DNA of 64,000 nucleotides from Ruditapes philippinarum (lineage: Eukaryota), in NCBI RefSeq assembly GCF_026571515.1, contig NW_026862168.1, positions 62,001-126,000 on the forward strand, given 5' to 3'. Under the pieces are notes generated by a model that was given only the letters and a program-made list of their open reading frames with translations, was not told the origin of the DNA and ran no database searches. Made by a program: the position numbers and the translations under genes. The first letter of the stretch is position 1. Each line of letters starts with the position of its first letter. This document shows, piece by piece, positions 12,401 to 21,915 of the stretch.

Positions 12401-14043
12401 GGAAAAAATCGAGGCAAAATAGTGATTTTTGGCAATTTTGAGATGTCCCCTCGTTGCCATGGTAACAGGAAATTTAAGACAGAGCATGTCGTTACAAAGG
12501 CAATGGCCCAGTCAACATTTGTGCCAAGTTTGATTAGTATTGAAGCATTTTTCATAGTTTCATAGCAGTTTGAACTTGTAACAGGAGGCTTTTCAGTGAA
12601 AACGGCCATTTTTCGCAATATGCTCATGAGGGAAAGGGTTAATATTGTTTTAAATGAAAAAAAGAAAAAAGAATCACCTATGAACATAATATTGTTGTTA
12701 ATACATATTTAGACATCTATGCATAAAATGCATTATTTTAGTACATAAATACATTGGAATATTTCAGGAATTACAGAGTGCTAGACTGGAATTTCATGAC
12801 TATAACATTGATTCTAAGTACACATGTCCTGTGTGTCTAGAAATGTACCACATGCCAAGCATTTGCAACCCGTGCAGTCACGTGTTTTGTGATCCATGTC
12901 TACGCAGAATGACCAGTCAAGGATATGAGGGCATTCCCTGTCCACTTTGTCGGACGGTGATTTCTTCCTGCCAGCTAGATAATGGTGAATAATTTTATCC
13001 CATTATTTCTTACATTGTTTAAATGCCTTGATTTTCGGAACTTTCATTTTGAATTTTGGCTATATCAAGGTGAAACTTTAACGTAAGACAGCCAAAGGTC
13101 TTGTCAGACTTATGGAATATGCAGGCCGATCTGACTCTTCACTGGTGGTAAAGACTTATCACATTCGATTTTGGTCAATGGTCATATTCCGATGTGGTCA
13201 TGACAAATGAATTTTTTATATCATTATGCGCTTATTCTTTTCGTTCAATTTGATATACTATGAAATATATTACTCCGTATATTTACGTTTATTTACGGTG
13301 GTACTCTTTTCGGCTATAGATCTGCACAATTTGGCGTAACTAATGAACAATTTTTGGATTTAATTTTTTTTACTTTCCCTGCTTATGGAAAAGGGGAATA
13401 AAGCATCAAATAGGATACTATCACCTGCTTTTGATTTTTAAGGGGTTTAAACCCAAATTTGTCATCGAAAAATCTGAACGAAAACAAAAAATTGGCCACC
13501 CTTTTAAATCAAACTAGTATAATTTTGACTTTTTTGTAGAATAAATGACGTTCCCATTTTAATTTGGGGAAAAATATTCAAAAAAAGGTACGGGAACACC
13601 CCAAAAAAAAAAATTTATCTGAAAAATGTTGGGATTTTTAAAAAAAAAATTTCACTTTTTTTTTCAGAGGGGGGACGATATGCGGGTTTAATAAAAGTAC
13701 CCTGAAATTTACCACCACTCCCCATTTTAGAACGAAATCCCAAATTTCGCCTTATCGCCCCCTTTTACACAGAGCCCTTTCCCCCCCTTAGAAAAAAAAC
13801 TAAAATGCGTCAGCTTTAGAATCGAATAGGAACAGCCAATAGATATTCAATGGGATGTCACTGACTGTTTAAAAGTTTTCTTATTTGGGCTGGCACAGTG
13901 GGCCACTCTCCATATCGTTACTGATAATGTTGTTCAACCGTGTGAAATCGGTACGTGATGCAAGGGACGTAAATATTGTGTTCCTCTCCATTCTAATTGG
14001 AATGTCAGTGACGTTTCTTATTTTCAAACATATAAAAATATGA
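3421..14043 (+). CDS. RNF180: RNF180-like membrane-anchored RING (C3HC4) E3 ubiquitin ligase, multi-exon; last exon frameshifted in this sequence
   Basis: Exon 3421-4429 is acidic/disordered (donor GTAAGT, phase 1). Exon 11384-11508 reads SCTGVKSKSARKRKKQLLKLKK...SFQ (phase 1-0). Exon 12768-12984 reads ...CPVCLEMYHMPSICNPCSHVFCDPCLRRM...CPLCRTVIS, matching the RNF180-type RING spacing, and ends at donor GTGAAT or at stop 12990-12992. A probable last exon at about 13668-14043 ends ...VNIVFLSILIGMSVTFLIFKHIKI* (TM-like). The 5' end is uncertain. Confidence 0.7.
5169..7601. mobile_element. Nested TIR element with dispersed ACATACGTTAC motifs
   Basis: AATGTGAATATACTACGGTCAT...CATTCTCAATAAAA on the left (split by a MITE) is the reverse complement of 7562-7601. 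ACATACGTTAC-like motifs occur at about 5755, 6141, 6298, 6313, 6640 and 6997. No clear TSD. Confidence 0.7.
5189..5567. mobile_element. MITE with ~60-75-bp TIRs inserted into the left TIR of the 5169-7601 element
   Basis: ATGTACATTTGTTGATATAGGAAACGGAAG...GCCGCGGTAAGG, with its reverse complement ending at 5567. Confidence 0.85.
9129..10153 (+). mobile_element. Second HINE-type element with ~160-bp tandem repeats
   Basis: Subterminal IR AGCTCGACT / AGTCGAGCT, 3' hairpin CTGTC...GACAG and CTTGTT end. A TGTGACAA motif recurs at about 9313, 9475, 9628, 9792 and 9949. Confidence 0.8.
10336..10408 (-). pseudogene. tRNA-Pro(AGG)-derived pseudogene or SINE head
   Basis: Minus strand reads ...GTATCGCGCTCGTTTAGGGTGTGAGAGG...GGTTCAAATCC..., resembling tRNA-Pro with an AGG loop and B box. 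Acceptor and T stems are mispaired. A T run follows. Confidence 0.6.
11700..12012 (+). mobile_element. Degenerate 3' fragment of a HINE-type element
   Basis: CAGGTGAGAGATCTAG...CTTGTT end resembles 8844-8881. The 5' boundary is approximate. Confidence 0.45.
12017..12638 (+). mobile_element. piggyBac-family MITE
   Basis: TTAA TSD at 12013-12016 and 12639-12642. TIR CCCTTTACCTCAT / ATGAGGGAAAGGG. A related copy lies at 20116-20712. Confidence 0.9.
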
Positions 14044-15170
14044 ACTTAGTTGTAAGGATGATTTGATTAAGAAAATGATTGTTAAATGCAAGCATGTGTA
14101 AGGATTTTCCAAGGCGCCTGTGATAGTGTGAACTTTATTTGTTCATTTTTGTTAGTTCTTAAGCATAGGTCTAAAGCAGATACATAATGTAAGACATATA
14201 TTTTGTTTTATTTTTCCATAAAAAATATTTACAATTAGAAACACACATAATTTTAAATGTTATGTTACAGAATTACAATATTTTTTTTATTTTAAAAATT
14301 TGGGTTCCCCAACTCGAAACTTAAATTTTACTTTTCATTTGTCACCCCCTTCATTTTAAAAACCCGGAAAAACCCAGGGGGAATTCTGACCGGGGTAATT
14401 TAAATTATAATTTTGTTTATTTCAAGGGTTTTAAATAACTAAGGTAAAAGTTTTTACAACCATTATTTTGTTGTTTTTGTTTTTAAAAAACACCCCAAAA
14501 AAGTTTTAAAGGGTTTTTTGGTTTATTCTTTTAAAAAAAATCACCAAATTTAAAACCTTTGCGATGTTTAAAGACCAAAAAGGGGGAATTTTGCGCCCTT
14601 TTAAAGAAGGTTAAAACCTCCCTTTTTTTAACCTCCCCCCCAACGGAAAATCAGGGTTTCATGAATTTACAAAAAACAGCTTTAAAACTTTACAGGACGT
14701 CGACTTTTCGCCTGGTCAGATACCATATTGCTCGGCAAAAGTTCATATACAAATGTATTATAAAAATAAATCAAAGCACTGAAAGTACTGAAGTATACAT
14801 TGCTTGATAATATAATCCATTTTTGACATCAAAGCCATGTTGATTTTAACCTACTGACTCGAAAACAATAGGGGGATCATCTTCTGACCAAGATTCAATG
14901 TCCGTAACAAGTGATTCACATGCACCAAGGCTTTTTTCTTCAAAAGTTTTTATGAGTCAAGGAAGATGTAATGTTCCATCTGTGTATTGCTAGGACAAGC
15001 TGATAGAATGAGCCAATAAAGAAATCATTTTTTGAAACCACCCCGTTAAATGGACTGCAGTATAGAATATTGAAACAGTCATATTGAGTTTCCAGTGATG
15101 CATCTTGATAAAATACCATGATCTGTTTGAACTCTATACCAAAAGTCAATTAATTGAATCATCCTACAAG

Positions 15171-15391
15171 TTTGTTTGTTTGTTTCTTTAATTTTACGCC
15201 TTTTCCAACAGTATTTCAGTCATATAGGCGGGTAGTTTCCTAACCATCGTTCCTGGAGAGTTACACCAGTACTAGACTACCTTCCTCCGCGCTAAACTAC
15301 CAAAGCGCATCTCCCGGGGATCGAACCCACGCCAGAGAGGTAATTGGATTAGAAAGTCATTGACTCTAACCCCTCGACCACGGAGGCGGTA
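15171..15391 (-). mobile_element. Full-length tRNA(Ser-like)-derived SINE with (AAAC)n tail
   Basis: 16-bp TSD TGAATCATCCTACAAG at 15155-15170 and 15392-15407. A box (GTGGTCGAGGGG) and B box (GGTTCGATCCC) on the minus strand. Confidence 0.9.
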
Positions 15392-16054
15392 TGAATCATC
15401 CTACAAGACTTAATTACCAAATTACAGTACATCTATGTACTGTACTTTGATGCAATAATAAATATATTCTGGTGTGTTGTATTAATCTCTACACATTAAT
15501 TTTCAAATGCATTACTTTATCGTTAATTCATAAAAATGAAATCTATAATCACAACAATTCAAATGTACTGTAATATTTTCATTATTCAATAATTGTTACA
15601 TATAGTCTTCATGAACAACCTTTCGAAAAAAATCCATATATATTGGACAGCAAGTTAACAAGGGTTTTTCCATAATCAGGTTGTGTTACCAACTTCTTAA
15701 CTTTAGATGAACCATTGAGCTAAAACATTTTTTTTTCTATTTTTTGGCTACTGTGACATACTTCTGATTTTCAACCAAGGTGATCCATGTTCAAACTCGA
15801 GCAAGCAACCTGTCACACACATTCTTACGATGTTGTGTGACATTTGGACAAAAGTGTGACCAGTAGAGTGTTAAAAAACTAAATGACCAGCAGATTGTTA
15901 ACAACTGTAATGTCAGCATCGGATACACGTGGTTGATACCTAACTGATTAAATGTTAAATGGTTCGGCCGTGGGTATCCGACGATGCTAAATGTGGACAG
16001 ACCAGAGTTGACATAAGATGGGATGGCCGACATTCAACAATCTAAAACCTCACC

Positions 16055-16210
16055 TAGCCTGGGATTCAGGCGTTGATAGCTTTTGCTTATTCATAACATT
16101 TTTTGTTCATAACATATGCGCTTAATATTCCGTATTCGTTCGTCGTTTTGATAGTGTCGATTTTGCCAAACAGAAACATAACAAAAAATCGACAGACTGG
16201 AACCCAGCTA
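16055..16210. mobile_element. 156-bp MITE with 8-bp TSD
   Basis: ACCTCACC at 16047-16054 and 16211-16218. Imperfect TIR TAGCCTGGGATTCAG / CTGGAACCCAGCTA. Confidence 0.75.
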
Positions 16211-16249
16211 ACCTCACCCTGAGCTAGCCAACCTATAAGTTTCACCACT

Positions 16250-17000
16250 GACTTTTTTCATACTGTACTTATTTCAAAAAATAACTGACATTTTACAAAG
16301 GTAATAAATTCTATGTCATAGTTATCATTTAATTTAAACGATTGAAAATGTATTTTAGTGCAGCATTTTTTTAAAAAATATATCTAGTATTTTATTGCAA
16401 GTAAAAATGTGTTGTTTGTTTATTTATTATTTCTATGTTTTTGACGCTAGGCAGTATCATAGCCGATAAACAATTTCATACAATGTTTATTACAAAAAAA
16501 TAATACTGATAATTTTCATTTCTTACACATAAAATATAAATGTTATAATCATTCATTTAGACGGTTAAAAATTTTATTTAATAGTTCTATTTTTGAAATG
16601 TCCATTTCATCGCAAGTAAAATGTGTGTGTTTTTTTTTTTATTTTGGGATTTTCCATTTTTTTGACGCTAGACCGATACGTAGCCGAAAAACACTTTCAT
16701 GCTGTATTTATAAAAATAACATCACTGACATTTTACATTGGTAACAAAAGAAAGTAATAGTTATTCATTTAAAAGGTCGGAAAAAAAAATAGCGGCTCTT
16801 GTTTTAACTACGACTATTTTAATGCCCGTAAAAATGTGTTTTCCGGCTTTTCCATGTTTTTTTGACGCTAGACTGTAACTTTGCCGAAAAAACACTTTCA
16901 TATCGCATTTAATACAGAATAGAATCATTCTCTAATTTACACTGGTTGCAAAAAAGAAAGTAAATTTTAATCATTTAAAGGGTAGAAAAAAGTAGATAAA
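16250..17000. repeat. Diverged tandem repeat, ~200-220-bp unit, ~3.5 copies
   Basis: TTTTTGACGCTAG at about 16438, 16658 and 16859 with similar flanks. Confidence 0.65.
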
Positions 17001-19151
17001 ACTTATTTTTGTTGGAATTATACCAATTGTATATATCATCGATTTAAAACTGATATTATTGAACCCATTTTCATCAAATAACCGACAAAAAACCAATTTC
17101 ATCAAATAACCATCAAAAAATGGTTTATATTGCTGAATTAATATTTCTTTGTATTTTAAGTGTTTTTCGGTATTTTTTTGGTGTTTTTCGGCAATTAATT
17201 ATAAGCAGATAAAAATAACATAATGTATTTATTTCTTAATGCTTACACTGATTTACAGTTTCAAATGATTATTTCTTCTCGTCGAATCTTGCCACATATG
17301 CCTATATTTAGCTCCATACGTCAATATCCCAAGTTCGACGAATTGTAATGGGTCGAACGGTCGAGCGGCCGAATCTTTATTTTTACCCGTACTGAATCAG
17401 GCAATCTTCGCTGAATTTCGAAACATATTTCTTTTCAAAAATCTAAGGCATACAAAAGTGAAAGGAAAATCATGTGTAAAAAAGGTATTCAAAAGAATAG
17501 CTTACGAAATTTCTATTTTCGAAGTCACGATAATTGCCAGTTTTAAAAAAAAAAAAAACAACATTTTCCGGTATACGCTGGTAAATTTTGTGACGGTGCT
17601 CCATACTCATTTTGTAAAACATTTTAGGGCAATTTTTATTGCATAAATGTAAATCAGGAATTTTATTTGATTTAATATCTATCTGAGATGTTTCGTCCCA
17701 TTTATATAATACACCGATATACACTTTTAGAACTAGCAGACGACAGGCTATTCTTATCATTGCGTATCTCACTGTATAAATCGCATGTAAAATGGTCTGA
17801 CATATGGTAGGTTTAACAGTTAATTTAAATACTTTGGAGTCAAAAGATGTATTGAAGTTTATATTGTGATGAAGCTAAGATCCAAAGCTTTCTATTGGTG
17901 TAATACATTTTAAAATCGGACATTTAATCACAACAAAACTAGCGGTTTAAAAAAAGCTTATTTTGTATTGTTTTAGCATAAGCGCTGACGACTTTACTAT
18001 ATTTACGATGTATTCATTCTTGCTAGCAAGCGCATGCGTATATGCGAAGTTTAACGCGTAGGTATAAACTACGATTTTATCAATGAACTGTTATTTTTTG
18101 TTTTCTTTAAAGGAATGTAGAGTCTATTATTTCATGAAAATGAACGATTTGGAAATTTCAAAGCATTTAAACAACTTTGCAAAACACTATTTTAATGATG
18201 TGTAGTCGGAATGTAACGCTACTGCAGAATGAAGAACTAGTTTCTATAGCGGTTTTTATCCGGGAGTGGATGTTGTTCGGTAATGCATTAAACCTGTATC
18301 TTTTCTGAGATATAGCTTATAACTCTGTATACATTGCAAGCAATGTATACAATAAAGATGAGGCTAATTGCATCACATTTGGGAAACGGTATATCAGCAA
18401 GTTTTCATACATCTATATGTCTGTTTCTAACCAATATCCCTGGGTGAGAAATTTTTGTATTGCTTGACCCAAAGTGATTTTAAGAAATATATTTATAGAT
18501 GTCGTGTTGATGTTACTGGAGATATTTGGCTTAATTATTGGCTAAGTTGTATCTAGACCTCTTCATGCAGTCAAAGCGATCGCGTACGGTCTAGCCATAC
18601 CAGGGCTATATGAATTTCTCGTTCTTGAGGTTTTTGTAGGCTGTGTATTATAATTGAGCTGAAAAGAAGAAAAGTGAAACTATTAATAGCATATGTAAAA
18701 CATCAAAAAATACCATCACATAATTATTAAGAACTATTTCTATACGTTTTTAATTTTGCTTTCTCTTTCCATTAAAAAATCTAGAGCGAACTCTAATAAC
18801 TCTAACTATATTAAATGGACTTGTCCATCTTTGAATCTGGAAGGTACCATTTATCTTTTTAGGGAAATTTACTGACTGAACCCCATAATCGGACGGCATA
18901 TACGTGCTGACTAATCTTGCAGACAGTTGGTGAAGTTAGAATTTGTTAAATGAAAAGAATGATTTAAGAAATTTGTGAAATTTAGGTAGTAAAATTGTAA
19001 ACATTATATCAACTGGTGGGCATGCAAGTAGACTAAGCTGTGCTGTGTTAATGACCATATCCCAAAGTTTACTCCTCAACTTATTGGTTGTTATCGTGGG
19101 CTCATCTTGAGTAATTTGTCAACAAAAACAGTGATTTTAAAAATGCTTTAT

Positions 19152-21780
19152 CACTGCGGTATACCGTACCCCGGATATTGCTCGATATTATGAGGACTTT
19201 CATCCCATTTCGCGACTTTGAACGGGGAACGAAGGTTAGTTCAGCGACGATATTTTCCAAACTAATGGCTATTTCATTTCTCTCAACGGGTTTTATATAT
19301 CTAGAGGTATTTCTGTAGCTCTAAAAGACGTAAAAGTATTACAGGTATTTGTAAAATTGATTAAACTACCCCTAAACGATCCGCTGCTCACTAGAAAATA
19401 CTGACCGCGATACTGTAGAATCGTTAGAAATTATTATATCACCAATATAAAAAAAATTGAATCGAGCATTTTTTTTATTCTCAATCCAAGTATGCCTTGT
19501 CCAAATTTCAGGCAAAAAGTGTGAAAGTACAAAAAGATACAGGCCAAAAAAGATACAAGAAAGTGTACCGAGTATTGATTTTAAGTGTACAGAGTATTGC
19601 AAAATAGCCCAACTTTAGTGTACAGAGTATTGCAAAACAATATGAGCACATTAGTATGGAAAATCGATATTTTTGTCTAATTTTCACGTCTGTTTATCGA
19701 TTCAATTTCATTTTTCTGATAATGTACTGTTTATATGATATTTATTCAAATATTTCAGATTCAACAATGCATTTTCAATTTTTCATTGTTATTCCTGTTC
19801 TTTTCCTACTGGCAAATGCAGAGATTTAATTTCCCATTTGATTGAAAATCACACTATGGATGAAATAAAGTGTGTGCAGGGTCGAAAGCAGGGTAGAACC
19901 ATCAAAATTGACGATAAAAAACTTTAAATACATGTCTCAAGAAACTTTGATAAAGAAGACCCATCTCTGAAAAGGACAAGAATAAAAAAACATATTTAGA
20001 TGACATTAATAATAGGTTTTTACAGGGCAAGTTTGACTTAAGAAACATATCGACGCACTTCATAAAATATTGGCCAGAGGGCTTATGCCGCCCAAGCATG
20101 CCGGTATCGTCTTAACCTTTTACTGCATGAGCATAATGCAAGTTCAAACTGCTATGAAACGATAAAAAATGCTTCAATACTGATCAAACTGGGCACAAAT
20201 GTTAGCTAGACCATAGCCTGTGGAATAGCATGCTCAATTTTAAATTTTCAGTTACCATGGCAACGGGGGGGGGGGGGCGTCTCAAAATTGCCAAAAATCT
20301 CTATTTTGCGTTGTTTTTCCCCATCAAAACTGATTTCAAGGTGCACCAACTTCTCAGTTGATTGAGATAAAGTCTAAGGTTTTCGGCGTTGATTACACGG
20401 TACCTTTAAATCGACCTGAGGCCATTTAGCCCCCCCCCCCCACAAGATCCAAGTCTTCTCGACGATTAGAGGGGCTGCTGCCCCACTTCAAACCCCCAAA
20501 CAGAAGGGTGCACATCCCCCCTGTGTAACCCCCTTGATATACTTTTTAATGGGGGTGGCGCCGAAAAAGTGATCGCTCTTTTGAACAACATTTCTCAAAC
20601 GAAAAAAACAGTGTTGGGGGCCTATATAGGAAACGCTGCGCTATTTTTACACTAGGCCTCAAAAGGGATGGGGATGTAAAGCTTTCAAAACACGCCTTTA
20701 TGAGGTAAAAGGTTATAAGGAACATAACCTTTTTATTGCATCTGCTGCCCTTTATCATAATCTTATCAAAATCCATTATTCGGTTTTTTTGAGCTGTACT
20801 TGCTCGGCAGTCATACGGAAACCTTTGCTAAGGCGTAACAAAATTTCACGTGCAGACGGTCTGCCGTTGCTAGAGTGCAGGTGCAAAATGCCCGAAAGTT
20901 ACCTTTATATGGATTTTTGGCATAGTAGGAAGTCGGTTGATATTAGATATTGGTACACTTGCTCAATACCGTCTAATATTGACAATCTTGAGGAAGTATT
21001 AATGCACTTTGGATGTTTTTTTTACTATTTAAAGTAAGATATGCAATAATTTTTAACAAATTCTGGAAAGGTTGATCCTTCGATAGCAACGAGAACATTT
21101 TAAACACAGAAAACTGAGATTTTTCACGAGCAGGAATGAAAATCTGGATTATTCGCAGATATTTCCAGTAAAGTACCTCCGAATTCTGCATATTCTGCAC
21201 ATATAGTGTAAATAAGTATACACAGTAAGAAATATTTAAAATTAAATGTGGTAAATACTTTGTGTTTACTGCTTGCATTTACTCTTTATTGATAACCAAT
21301 ACTCGTTACACTCAAAAGCAATACTCGTGACACCGGCGGGCAACTCCAAAGCAATACTCGGTACACTGACATGTGTATTTATTCTCAAAATGCACTGTCG
21401 TCTGAGGTTTTATTGTTGATTGAACATTTACAACATAAACATTATCATCATTATCACATTTCACTCGATTCAAGTTTTTCTTTTAAGGATGTATATGCAC
21501 AAAACATCAAAATTGACTGATCCGAGCTCATTTATCACGTGAGCAAAGAGTCGAATTTTACCTCCTAATTACATTTCAAAGCTATTTCTCAACATTTTTG
21601 GGGTTTCATTAACTAGAGAAATTATCGAAGTATTTGTATTTCTACAAAATTTATATCTAACCAATTCAAAATGACTAAATATCGTCACTTAACATACCTT
21701 CTTTCCTCGTTCAAAGTCGCGAAATGGGATGAAAGACCTCATAATATCGAGCAATATCCGGGGTACGGTATACCGCAGTG
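19152..21780. mobile_element. Non-autonomous Transib/RAG-like DNA transposon (CAC termini, 5-bp TSD, ~100-bp TIR)
   Basis: TIR CACTGCGGTATACCGTACCCCGGATATTGCTCGATATTATGAGG is identical for 44 bp and similar to about 100 bp. TTTAT is duplicated at 19147-19151 and 21781-21785. Confidence 0.8.
20116..20712 (-). mobile_element. piggyBac-family MITE, second copy, nested in the Transib-like element
   Basis: TTAA CCTTTTAC... / ...GAGGTAAAAGG TTAT. The interior is the reverse complement of 12017-12638 with deletions. Confidence 0.85.
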
Positions 21781-21915
21781 TTTATGCTCAGAAAACAAAA
21801 CCAATTTGTTATCAACGGAAGTAATCCGAAAATACAACATAAGCAAAGGTTTTTAATTTCACCTTGCGTAAAAGTGGTTTCAGTTACCTTTTAAATAAAT
21901 ATGCATTACGTCGTT

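Noticed and set aside
12013-12687. Cluster of overlapping ORFs, with a similar ORF at 20546-20776
   Set aside because: Chance ORFs within two copies of a GC-richer non-coding piggyBac MITE; no transposase motifs.
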